NCBI RefSeq assembly: GCF_009914755.1
Contig: NC_060934.1
From: the human T2T-CHM13v2.0 reference genome, Homo sapiens
Reading direction: 5' to 3' (one strand)
DNA length: 64,000 nucleotides
Shown here piece by piece: positions 25,806 to 39,100 of this stretch; the first letter of the stretch is position 1, and each line of letters begins with the position of its first letter. The position numbers and the translations under genes were made by a program. The notes under the pieces were generated by a model, which was given only the letters and a program-made list of their open reading frames with translations, had not been told where the DNA came from and ran no database searches.

Positions 25806-27112
25806 TCTCAAATATTTTTTGAATAAATAAGTGAAAATCAGTTTCTTGGGAACAAATGAACAAATTCATTTATGACACTGTGTAAATGTTGAGGTCAGTT
25901 AATTTTTTTCTTGAACTATGAGTAAGTGGAAAGGTAGAATGGACCTATCAACACTAATATCTGTGTGATACTGACATAGTGCCAGCCACTGGTAAATTAC
26001 AGCAGAAGTAAATTTGCCTTGGAAGAGTAAAAACAAAAAGTTCACATGACAGGACTATCGCAATGTGACTGAATCTTATATTTTGGACAAAAACATGCAA
26101 CTTCATAATGTGATGTGAATGAATTTAGACCAGTAATGAAATACAAATTTTGGACCTTCGGAGACTTCAGAGCTGGACTTGGGATGTGCACAGCTTGTTT
26201 CAGAATGTTTCCTTGCCTCTTTTATTTTCTATCTTGAAATAATTTTGAAAATAATGCATGTTAGAAAACATGAGAACCTGTGTTTTGATTTTTAGTGTGT
26301 GGGAGAAATTATCAACCTTGAATAAATAGCTTTAAAATAGAATTGTATTTAAAGTAGGTAGAAAGTTTGAAAATATAAGTTGCCACCCTTGTATTAAAAA
26401 GAGGGAACTTTTCATATAGATTTGCCAAATATTAAACTAATTTAATATTAATATTTGATGTTAATATTTAATGCATACTAATCCAACTTAAAGGTTAATG
26501 TAATAGTGTTGTTTGGTATATTTATTAATTTGGTATATTTAGTATATTTATATTTATTACATATGTTTCTTTGTTTTGTGTATGTGTTTCATGTCTTGTT
26601 CTAAAAAGATTTTAGGTGTTGTGCCCCATTGAGTGTTTTGGTTTAGGGCACTTTGATAAATACTGTATTCAATGAATATGAGTAATGAGTTTTTATGGTA
26701 ATTTTTATTGTGATTTAAAATATTAAGAGGCTCCTTTACTGTGGTTCTGCATTGTCACTTGTTTCTGGGATAGTAGGTAGAGATTTGGAAGCTTAAATGT
26801 CATTAATTTTGTCTGTCCATCAGGTAGAGTGCTTCCCTGTTGAATTGCACAAGGTGGTTTTATGCCAAAAACCATTGACTTCCTTATTTATTCTGCCATA
26901 CCAATTGGCTTTCAAACCTGTGAAAATTTAATCAAATGTATTCTCCAGGTACCTACGAGTTTCTATTTACTGCTGAGTTTATGCAAAACAAACAAATATG
27001 TTTTTTGAATCTATTAAAATAACAAGAAAAAATGGTCATTATAGGTATTCATGTTTTTGCTGAGTTGCCTCCAAGAAAGAAAAATATTTATTCCTTTTAA
27101 ATAGAGTTTCAT

Positions 27113-27433
27113 GGCTGGGCATAGTGATTCATGCCTGTAATCCCAGCACTTTTGGGAGGCTGAGGCAGGCGGACTGCTTGAGCCCAGGAGTTTGAGACCA
27201 GCCTGAGCAACACGGGGAACCCTTGTCTCTACTAAAAAAGTCAAAAAACAAAAATTAGCCAGGCAAGGTGACGTGTGTCTGTAGTTCCAGCTATCAGGAG
27301 GCTGAGGTGGGAGGATCGCTTAAGCCCTGGAGTTTGAGGCTGCAGTGAGCTGTGGTTATACTACTACCCTTTAGCCTGGGTGACAGAGTGAGACCCTGTC
27401 ACAAAAATAAGATAAAATAAAATAAAATAAAAT
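27113..27433 (+). mobile_element. AluJ with (AAAAT)n tail
   Basis: TSD aaatagagtttcat / aaatagagttgcac. Confidence 0.9.
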
Positions 27434-27758
27434 AAATAGAGTTGCACTTTGAGAAAACAGTGATGCTTATGAAATGCTTTATGACATGACCCTCTTCAGG
27501 CAAAAGGGTTCAACAAATTGTGTTAATGTGGTTGGTCCTGGGTTACTCTCACCAGAGAGTTGCTGCGTGAAAATCTGTTTTGGAAGTCTTGTTGATGTTA
27601 TCCCCTGCTGTGAACCACTTACTACCGTCTCCATTTACTCTCTTCCCTGCGTGGAGCCTCCAAGGCCAGCAGGAACTGTAAAAGGAAAGTATTCTAAATC
27701 AAAACAAATAATTACCATCCTGATCCCTAGGGAAGAAAGCCAAAAAAGCATAGCAGCA

Positions 27759-28060
27759 TTTTTTTTTTTTTTTTTTTTTTGAGGCAGAGTCTCACTCTGT
27801 CACCCAGGCTGGAGTGCAGTGCAATCTTAGCTCACTGTAACCTCCGCCTCCTGGGTTCAAGTGATTCTCCTGCCTCAGCCTCCTGAAAAGCTGGGATTAC
27901 AGGAATGTGCCACCACACTTGGCTAATTTTTTATATTTATAGAAGAGAGAGGGTTTCACCATGTTGGCTAGGCCGGTCTTGAACTCCTAACCTCAAGTGA
28001 TCTGCTCACCTCAGCTTTCCAAAGTGCTGGGATTACAGGCGTGAGCCACCGCGCCTGGCC
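27759..28060 (-). mobile_element. AluS (Sx/Sz-like)
   Basis: Full dimer after poly-T; no TSD visible. Confidence 0.9.
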
Positions 28061-28699
28061 TAAAATTTTTGTATTAGAGTTAAAAAAAAAAAAAAAAAAA
28101 ACAACCACCCAAAAACAAAAGACTGAACCTCATGGCACCATGGAAACCCCCTGGGTTTGGAATCAGGTACCCCTTCTTCCAAACAGCCAGGAGACATTGG
28201 GCAAGGTGCCTTCCTTCCCTGGGTCTCATTTGCATAATCTCAGGACTAGACCAGATGGGTTCTTGATGTTTTTACATCTGCAGGATTTTGTTTTGTTTTG
28301 TTTTGTTTTTTTCAGGTGTCCACTTTTTTCTTTTGCAAAACGTTGCTTCTCAGTCCCTCCGCCTGGCTCAGTTTTGGAGTGTGGGCCTCTAATGATCTCA
28401 TCATGTGTTTTCTTCATTATGCCTCACCTCCTGTTCTTCTGTTCCTCTTCCTGGAAGGACAGGGAATTTGACGTTTGTTTTGGGCTATTTCCCAGCTTCC
28501 TTAAGCTATTCCCTTCCTTATTCAGCGATAAAGTAGAGCTGACTCTGTGTGAATAAATTCTGTCACTGACAATTGTTTTCTTAATCAATTTCAGGAGTTA
28601 CCGAATCAGAATTGGATGGTAAGTGTCTGCGAGTCCAACCACTCATCTGCTATCTGAATCACCTCTGTACTATCTCTATCTCTGAGAGTTTGATCATCC

Positions 28700-28990
28700 T
28701 GTCACGGATACCTGGAACGCCCTTCCCACTTTCCTCATCTGCCTAATCCCTCCTCCCTCTCTGAGACTCCATTCAGGTGAGCTGTCTACCGGAAGCCTCA
28801 CTTTCCACCCCTACTCCCATCCTTCAAGCTGAGATGGCAGACCCTCTTTTGTGTTCCCCCAACACCTGTCTAGGTCCTTATTGTCTCAACTTACCACACT
28901 GCATTTTTATTGTATGCGGACATTTATCTAGGTCCTCTTATTACCAGTGCTTGGTAAAGTACTTAGCACTTAATTTATCTTGTTGGGTAA
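28700..28990 (+). mobile_element. L2 fragment
   Basis: cctggaacgcccttccc...ggaagcct...cttaccacactgcatt...ccagtgcttggtaaagtacttagcac. Confidence 0.6.
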
Positions 28991-29029
28991 GTATTATTTC
29001 ATACAATTCAGTTCCTTTGGTGACATGAG

Positions 29030-29320
29030 CTCTCTTCTCAAGGAAGTTCATTCCCCTCACAGCTACAAAATTTTATGCTGGTCTGAAATCTCCCCATCTC
29101 CTTTGGCCATACAAAACAAACATGATCCCTTCTCTGCATGACAGTTGGAAAGACATTTTAAAGCACCGTCCGACTTCCCTGGAGTCAGGCCAGATGTCCT
29201 CATTTCCTTTTAACTATACTTTGTTAGAGTTTAAAGTCTTTTTACCTCGTAATAACTCCAAGCAAATTAATGTGTGGTCCCAGAGCAACTTAGGATAGGG
29301 ATGGATGGACATTTGATGTT
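29030..29320 (-). mobile_element. L3/CR1 fragment
   Basis: atcccttctctgcatgacag...ttttaaagc...caggccagatgtcctcatttcctttaac resembles the recalled L3 3' region. Confidence 0.45.
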
Positions 29321-30077
29321 TTGATGGATGTGAATGAATTACTCTGGTTCTATTAACTTATCAACATTCTATAGAAGACTAGTTTTATTGTGAGGGTTAA
29401 ATGATGTAATACATGTGCCTAGCATAAAGGGGGTGGTCCCTAAATATTATCAGGGTTATATCATATTTTCTCTTCTTCTTGGTCTGTATTTCGTCATGAG
29501 AGCTGAGAGCAGGCACTGACTTGCAAGTCAGTGAGTAATTGTAAAGTCCTCTCAGTTGCTATCTTTCCAGTTTTTGAATCTGTGGAGCTTTAGATAACTC
29601 ATTGTAATTAGAGATACCATGCTGTAAAGTAATTTGTTGTCTGAAATAAGTTTCATGGGTTAACTTTCACTTAGGAAAGATACAGCATACGGAAGGATAT
29701 GTGTCCTCAAGTGGCTCATTTCTCTTAATGATTGCAAGACCTCTGATGGTCTTTTGATTCCTTCTCTACTTGTAACTAAAGGACCCACAGTTGTATACTG
29801 CTTTCTGGAATTACTGGTTCAGTTTGTGAATGGGAAACAAAAACATTTCTCTATAAAAAGGTAACTACTTTCTGATTGCAGCCTCATTGGCTCCTGCTAT
29901 TAGTGGAGTCAACTGGCTTAGTCAGACATTCTTTTGAATATAGATTAACTTTTGACCTATGGAAACTTAATTCTGCATTCAATTTAAAAATATTATACAC
30001 TGTTCTTATCTAACAATTGCTATAAGAAAACCTGAGAAGATAAACAAGTTTAAAAGCAACACTTGAAGAAAAAGTTG

Positions 30078-30383
30078 AGGCACTGGAGACCATGCATTGG
30101 AGTTAAAGCATTTGAGTCGATGCATTGGAGATGACACATTGAAGTTGATTCACTGGAGTTGATGCATTAGAGTTGCATTGGAGTTAATGCTTGGAGATGG
30201 CGAACTGGAGTTGATGGATTGGAGTTGATGCATTGGATATGATGCATTGGAGATAATAAATTGGAGTTGATACTTTGGAGATGATGAATTGGAATTGATA
30301 CACTGGATATGATGCATTGGAGATGATGCATTGGAGTTGATGCATTGGAGATGATGCATTGGAGATGATGCATTGGAGCTGAT
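30078..30383. repeat. 14-bp minisatellite (TGATGCATTGGAGW)n, about 21 copies
   Basis: Direct inspection; purest copies at 30311-30380. Confidence 0.95.
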
Positions 30384-31230
30384 CCTTTAGAGGGTGAGCT
30401 TATTAGCAATGAAATAAAAGGGAGCAATTAAGAGGGTCAAAGCCAAAAGAAGCCATGATAAAAAGACAACTATATCTCTTAAAAGAGAAACAGTGAAGGC
30501 CTGGACTGAAATTTGAGCACGGGCCAAGGCTTTATGATGAAGAGAAGACACACATGAACAACTTATTGGGAACAAGAGAGGAAGAAATGGGCAACTGGTT
30601 GATGTCTTTGATAGCAGGAGGGAAGTAGACAGGATTAACTTTGCCGCTTGTTCTTCTAAAGGAGGGGACCCCATAGCAAGGTTCCAGTAGTAGAGCTTGC
30701 TCCTGGACTTGTGTGTGAGCAGGACACACCCAGGAAAAGACAAAGGGACAAAATATGGTTCAGGAAATTGAAATGGAAAAGCAAAAATAAGAGTTGTACT
30801 GAGCTTCAGCTGAGTAGATTTTAGTAAAAATTCATTTATATGTTTTAAAAAATTCTACTTACTGAGAAGCTGTCAGAATTGCCCTCAATTATCTGCAAGG
30901 AATTGTGGCATGGCTGTAGGTAAGTGTGTGGAAATGTTTACTGAAATGTTCAAAGCAGGGAAAGTTTGAATCTTGCATAATTTAATTAAAATGTGTAATT
31001 TGGTGATAACTGAATCAGAAACAAATACAAAGAGAACAGGAGAAGGAATGTGGGAGAATGAAACAAAGTAGCTGTATCAACACCCTATGTATCACCCAAC
31101 AAATTCATTCACAGCTGCACACAGTACAGATCCTTTGTTTCTGGTGGATCTCTTTTGAGTGGCCATCTGTCATTAACCTGGTATGGGTGTGAAGTGTCAA
31201 TGATCTGTGGAAGGACAGCCGTGGTGTTAC

Positions 31231-31886
31231 TGAAGCAGCATCGTTGTCTGGGGTAAATACCCGGGGTTTGCCGTCACGTGCCAAGAAGATTAAAGACATG
31301 GACACACACCAGGAGTGAGTTTAGGAGCAGAGGTTTAATAGGCAAAAGAAAGAGGAAGGAGAACAGCTCTCTCCCTTGCAAAAGAGAGGGGCTTCAGAAG
31401 GGGAAATCTGACCTGTGGTGGAGAGCACCAGGTTTTATAGGCAGGCTTGAGGAGGTGGTGTCTGATTTACGTAGGGCCCACAGATTGGTTGGACCAGGTG
31501 TGACGTTTATATAGCACAGGGAAGGCTGGCCACCCCACCCTTATCTTATTATGCAAATAGGCTTTCCACTTGGCCAGCGCCGTCTTGTCTGCTCCTTACT
31601 GCACAAAGCTGTAAGAGAAGGGAAGCTGGCAAAGAGAAGGGAAGGTGGAGCCGCCATTTTGAATATGCCTAGTCCCAGGTAGCCTTTTCCTGTTGGCACA
31701 ACCTCCGGCATTCACTTGTGCAAACTTCCAGCTTGCTTGTCTATGTCTGCAGCTCGATTTTACAGGCTGCTCTTTGTTAGAAAAGAAAATAATTTGGGGG
31801 CTGCTTTTCATTAAAAGCAAAACCTTAATGAGGACTCCCGTACCCTCACTATCTGCCTAAATGATTTCTTCTTAACTCCGATATCA
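31231..31886 (-). mobile_element. LTR9-family (LTR9B-like, ERV1) solo LTR
   Basis: Reverse complement starts tgatatcggagttaagaagaaatcatttaggcagatagtgagggtacgggagtcctc; TG..CA ends; 4-bp TSD ttac/ttat. Confidence 0.8.
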
Positions 31887-33815
31887 TTATCTCCTCACTT
31901 GTCCCAGAGGAAACATTTCATGTTGGGGGTGCTTTTGTTCTGATAACGACTGGTGCAGATGAGGTGTGGATGGCTTCGGGCAGCCCCTGTATCATGTTTT
32001 CTGGAGATTAGCTATTTCTCTCTCTAGTTAGTAGCTTTCTTGATCTTTCCTGATTTCCTAGTTTGGGTTTCCTTCACAACAGCTTTAACTTAAAATTTGT
32101 TTTCTTGTTTCTAGCAGCAAAACTGTCATTCTGCTGGGAAACAGTGAGAGCCTGGCATCTGATGAATCCTATTTGAAGATCAGGGTCTCCTGCCATTTAG
32201 ACTGTTTCTCCCAGAAAGTAATCAATGACATGAGAAAGCCATCTGAAAAGAGCTCTTGGGTTTTATTTAGCAACTAAAATCTCAGGGGAATGTGAAAAAA
32301 TGTGAGCTCCGGAGGCTCCCTATGATGGGCAACTTTTATGGTTAAATTCAATCAAATTTGATCTCCTAGCCTCTTCTTATCCATCTTTAGATAAAAGTTA
32401 TAATAGTATGGGACTTAGGAAGTGCTGTGAGTGTTTGAAAAGCTCTTTGAAGATAAGCGAATTTTTTAAATTAAAATGAAGATACTATCATCTTCAATTA
32501 TGTTTCTTTGATCTCTGTGGACCATTGCATGCCGGAACTTGTAGTTTTGGGCAGTTGCTTTGCTCTCTCATAAGCCAAGAGGGGCTCCCTAGCTTCTGGC
32601 AAATACAGAGGCAAATGACAATCTGCTTCAGTATGGACTGGTCAACCTGGGACCATTTCACTTGTTTTTAAAAAGTTTCTTTTATTAATTGCTTATCTTG
32701 TTTTTATACTATCTTGAGTGGGTGGATGGTGGAGGAACCTGAAAATTAAGACTGTGATCAAAGGAATTACTTACACTGGCATAGGTGACAATTAGTTCAT
32801 GAACCTGGCCTTCCATTGCTCTGCCAAAATGCGGCCTCTCCAAAGCAATCATATTTTGCTTGAGATCCTGCATTCGTTAATGTGCAAAGAAGCTGCCTCT
32901 TAAAGTGTAGGACAATGAGAAGAATTATATTTTATGAAAAAAGCACTGAAATTAAAAAAGCCAATGATTTCTTTGGTTTATGATTTACCTGTGAAGATAA
33001 AGTGAAGGAAAACCATATTGGATAGAGTAGAATATCTACTGAGTAGATAAAATGTTTGGGGAAAGGCACTCAGCTCCCAGAACTCACCTTTCTAATTATT
33101 TAGGATGATATTTATAGTTTCTTCAGCTTAAGAATTTGGTTTGGCTCCTATTGAAATGCAGAAAGAAATCCAAGCAAAAATGAAAACAAATCCTTTACTT
33201 CTTGATACATAATAAGGGATCCAGTTGGAAATTCTACAGTGTGCACATGGGAGTCACTGGCCCCACCAAGAGAAGAGAAGGTTCCTACCGGTGAGGAAGC
33301 CATGGGAAGGCACAGAACCAAACAGAAGAGAACTGGAACTTTGTTCTTATTTTTTTTTTAAAATGCCATTCGGTGTTTGGATGCTCTGCTTTATTTTATC
33401 TGTCTCTGTTCACCAAAAATTCTCCACCAGAAAAAAAAAGCACCTGTTTGAAATTCTGTTTGTACTAAATCTCGCCATGAAAATGATGGATTCTTGAAGG
33501 GACCTGAGAGATCATCTAGCTTTAACTCCTTCACTTTATAAAGAAGAAAACGATGTGCTCAACATAAACATGCTTGTGGCTGAGCTCAAATGAAAAATGC
33601 AGTTCTTCTGCTTCCCAGGCCCGTCTTCTGTCTGCAGAAGTGCCTCACTGGTGTAGCTGTGGGCTCCCCTGACATCGCTGTGAGTGAAGGCAGCGTGGTT
33701 ATGCCCAATGCTTGGAGATGACTGGTGAGGTACAAGATCTTCCAGAAAACACAGGAAGAGAGAAGAGCTGCTGGTTGTCCAGTCATCTCCCTGGTTTCTC
33801 TTCTCTGAGAGGCTA

Positions 33816-34254
<439 letters not shown>

Positions 34255-34849
34255 CCAATATACTATTTAATTTCACAGTTTCAGCGTGGAAGGAGAAGCA
34301 GAGGAGTTTGTATCCCTCTGCAGCAAGAAGGTGCATACCTCAAAACTGTCTGGAAGCATTAGCTATCACCTTGAATTTATTCCCGTGGAATGGGTATTTT
34401 TGAAAAAAGCATTTTAAAAATGGATTTTCCTTTAATTCTTATGTTTATTTCTGTAATGTATCACATATGCTTTTGAAGCTAATTCTCTATTTGAATTTGA
34501 CCGAGTGAAAAGCTAGCCATAGGTTTTTAGTACACACATAGATCATTACCATATGATTCTGTATTTATTATCTGCCCTCAGTCCTGTTTCTTTAAATTAA
34601 ATACTATTATGAGAAGAGTATCAGGAATTTTAAGATTCTGCATAAGGAGTTGAACTGAAAGTAGGAGGGTTTGGTGGGGGATAAATAATAAGGGAGACTT
34701 TTCTCTATGGAGAAAATACTCCTAGGCATCAAAACAGAGCAGCATTTGACAGATAATAGACCTCTACATCAGCCTCGAGAGCAGGTAGGGCCACTTTTTT
34801 TTCTTACTCTCACTTTTCCATCTTAAGGATTAATATTAAAAACAATAGT

Positions 34850-35080
34850 CAATCCACATTGAGCACTCACTAGGGCCTAGGCACCGAGCCTTACGTGTGA
34901 TAGTCTAACACTTAATCCCCACATCAACAGTGTGAGCCATTCATAATTGTTATTTCTATATTTACCCAAAAGGAAACAGGCTTACAACACTAAAATGACT
35001 AGTTCAAGGGCACTATAGCTAGCGGGTGGTAGTGGTGGGGTTTGAAGTCAGACAGGCTGACTTCAGGCTCAGAGAAAAGC
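34850..35080 (-). mobile_element. MIR
   Basis: ttgagcactcac...ttaatccccacatcaac...ggaaacaggctta...ggggtttgaagtcagacaggctgacttcag. Confidence 0.65.
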
Positions 35081-35121
35081 TTTTTCTGAAACAAGTCTCA
35101 AACCTTGTAACTAGCAGCCAT

Positions 35122-35343
35122 CTAGCACTGTCCAGTGGAACTCTGTGCAGGAATGCACGTGCCCTATGTCTGCATTCTCCAATATATGAGTCAGTAGCCA
35201 CTGGTGGCTGTTGAACACAAGCACTCCAAATGTAGCTCATGCAATGGAAAAACCAGACTTTTAATTTTACTTAATTTTAATTAATTTAAATTGAAATGTA
35301 AAGCCCACATGTGGCTAGTGGCTACCATATGTGGATAGTGCTG
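35122..35343 (+). mobile_element. MER3 (hAT MITE)
   Basis: gcactgtccagtggaactctgtgc...ttttaattttacttaattttaattaattt...cacatgtggctagtggctaccata. Confidence 0.85.
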
Positions 35344-35434
35344 GAGGCAGTGAAATCTCACGTTAATTCCAGATGGTTTTTATCTCTGATTATTTGCCTA
35401 CATGAGCTTGTGACCTGAAAAACACTAACGTTAA

Positions 35435-35592
35435 AGCAAAAAGAAAAAAGCAAAAAGAGAGGAGAAAAGTAAGAAGCAGAGAGAAAGGGAGAGAAGGAAG
35501 GAAGAAAGGATAGAAGGAAGGAGAAGGAAGGGAGGAAGGAAGGAAGAAGAGAGGGTGGAAGGAAGGGAAGAGGAGAGGGAGAGAAGAAGAGG
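35435..35592. repeat. GA-rich low-complexity tract
   Basis: Direct inspection. Confidence 0.85.
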
Positions 35593-35754
35593 ATCTTTGT
35601 TCTCATAGAACATAGAACTTGAGAACGCTGACCTATCAAGGCTACTGGCCTGAAGGCCTGGTTATGTTCTTTTGGGGGTTTTTCAAATTTTTACTCCAAT
35701 GTTGTATTTATTGGCATTATACTATAAATATTCTGGTCCACAGAAAACTCATCA

Positions 35755-36174
<420 letters not shown>

Positions 36175-39100
36175 TTAAAAATTATATGATATTGTTGCTC
36201 AATCATTTTTTAAATTGCCTGGAGAGAATGAAAAGCCCTCTGACATGGATTATCTAGGTTCCACTTATGAATCTCTTGTTCTATATAAATCTTATTAATA
36301 ACTTAGACTATTTTTGAGCTGGAAAAGATCTCGCTGCTCATCTGCTTCAATATTTTTATAGGAAGGAAGGTAGAGGTCAGGAAGATCAAATGACTTGCTG
36401 GAGGTTGTTTCACCCTGAGATGGTGGAGGCAGGCGCTGTCTCCTGGTGCCCTGGGCCAGCATTTGCTGGGCTTCTCGAAACAACTGTTGATAATAATTAC
36501 CTGGTGATCCCCAGGTGAGGCATACCTGGAAGTCTTTCCATCGGTAATCTTCCCAAATAGCTGAAGTTCTTTTCGCTGCGTCTCTGTACTCCATTACTCA
36601 ACTGAGCTCTGATAAGCAAAGACCAAAAAGGAAAGTTGAGATTTCCCGATACAATCTCTAGGATGAAATAATGGTTTCTAAAATCTGCACGCAGAGATGT
36701 GGCAACAGCTCTTTGTAGTCTTCCGTACAGCATGGAAAAATAACAACAATTTTTTTGGAAACCTGATGTGGCAGTGTGTCACCAATGCTGGTTGTTACTG
36801 AGGATCCATAGGAAAGGACATTCTCTGAGAACTTGTTTATAGGGAGGTAAAATGTCCTTCAATAATCACGTAAGTGGAAGCCAATGGTGAGTTTTAAATA
36901 GACAAGACCATTGCTGTGTAGACAGTTTGGGAGACTTACCATTACAAATTCTGGGTGATACAATGCACCAAGGAGAAACATAAAATTAGAGTAATTTAGG
37001 GAGATTAAGAAAAACCCAGGGATTGTATAATTTAAGGATTTAAAACTGCTTTAACAACATTACCTAATTAGTCTGTGAATTTCTCTGTGAGAAAGAAGAT
37101 TTGTAAGCTGCATGTGCCCTGAAATGAGGGTTACTTTAGAGTTCAGATACGTTAGTGCAGGAAGAAGGGGAGAATCAGAGAGAATCAGGCAGAATCTTTT
37201 ATGATTTTTGTGGGGAGAGGTGGGTAGGAGTTGGGGGCTAAAGTTAGGGCAACTGGAGGATGTCAGATTATGGAGTATTTCTTGTGTTTAATGCTGTGCT
37301 TAGAAGGGCTGTATTGGAAGGAGTAAGTAGGGGCAGCTGGAATGTGAATTGTGGCCATCAAGGGGCCAGAGTGCTCAGATGTGCTATTCTCCTAAAATCC
37401 ATAGTTACTTTTTGTGTTTTATCCCCCAACTAAATTCCCCAAGGACACTTGCCTTGACTATACCCCTCTTGTATTGCCTTCAGCACTACACTTGGGACGA
37501 CACAATCAACATTTGCTGGCTGACTGATCTGTTTAGGGACTGCAATTACAAGACTATTTTAGGTTATAACTTACCAAGGAAATAGGAATTTTGAGATAAA
37601 AAGTTTCAAATAAAAAAAGAGAAAAGAAAGGAAGAAAGAGACAGGGAGGGTAGAGGGTGGGAATGATCGTCTGAAGAATGCAGGGATTATGATCAGGAGA
37701 CGAGGACGTTCAAAATTCAAAATGAAGGATGTCTAGGTGCTTTACACGAATTAAAAGTCAACTGTTAATTCAGAGACAAGGTCTGAAATTGGGGCATGTG
37801 AGATTTGGGCAGACGCAGTAGCATTTGACCTGGGGATGATTCACAGATGGTCTGTTGGTCTAGATGAGAATCCAGTTGGTGGAAGTATTAAGAAGATCAG
37901 AGCAAGTGAACTTGGAGGAAGCCCCCAGGAAGCATGCAGTTGCCTTCCTGGCCCCGTGTGGATATCAGCTGTCCCCAGTCTGACCCCCAACCCCTCCCAG
38001 TTCCTGTCCCCATCTCTGCTTGGCAGCTGAGGTTGGCGCCTACCCTCACCTACTTTCTCTTTAGTTCACATTGTTTTCTTCTGCCCCTGGATGAAAATCA
38101 AGCTCAGTCTTCCTCTTCTCTACTGTAGCTTTCCTGCTTATTTCTCTTCTGTAAGTTGCCGTGTTTCTTGGGGTCATTTTTTTCCAGAGAAGGAGAATAT
38201 GGGGGAACAGTTTTGTTTTTTGTTGTAACCCCATCACTCAAACTAAAGTGTGTCAGTGCATTACAGTTTTAAATAAAGGTTTGTCTAACACAGAAGTGAG
38301 GAGATCGAATGCTGAAGGAAGACCTGGGTATGAATGCCAACTCTCCCAATTTCTGACCCCAGCCTCTTTGGCTTTAGCCAACGTTAATAATAGTGTCTCC
38401 TTCCTGCGGTAGCTGTGATGATTAGGTGAGATACCCGACACTAAGCGCTGAGCACAATGCTTGCTGCTTTATTGTTACTTTGCATTACATAAACCATGGG
38501 CTCCAAGTATGACAAGGGTATTCCAGTCCCAGAACTACCTATGGCTAAACATCTGAACTTTTTAATCTAATTGTTCTATCCTAAAAATAAAAAAAGCCTA
38601 ACAATTTCTTCTCTGCTTTGCAAGAATATTGTGAGAATCCCTGCTATCATATGTATTAGGATTCTGAACCTTTGGAAGGATGATGTAATTGATTTTGGAA
38701 TCTATTGTTCTTAATACATTAGGGTTTGAACTACTTTTACGTGAAGAAGAATGTTCCTTCCACCAGCATCAGAAAAAAGGTAAAAATGTAACCCTTAAAT
38801 CATTTGATCAAAGGTAGCATCCAGAGAGGAGCTGAGCCTCAGGCCAAGCTTCCCTTATGTGGCATTCCATGCCTGGCTGTGTCTGCAGGTCCAGGTACTT
38901 TAGGAGATAAATAAGGAATTTAGGGATGCAATTAGTGAAAGTAGGTACAAAAGTGTTCAGCTTATAAAAGTAACCATTGCTAAAAGTTTATGTTAATAGA
39001 CAGTACGGAAAATAAAAAGATTTTTAGAAAAGAGCAGTGCTATCATTAATTGGAATAATTCAGTTATCATCAAATAGGAAAGAGTAGATAGAGTTTCTGT

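Noticed and set aside
30150-30427. Repetitive MHHLQCINSN peptides; superficially array-like
   Set aside because: Translation of a 14-bp minisatellite; no unique spacers, so not CRISPR-like
30400-30960. Possible very old CR1/L3 remnant (similar hints at 43800-44080)
   Set aside because: Resemblance too faint to support without an HMM search
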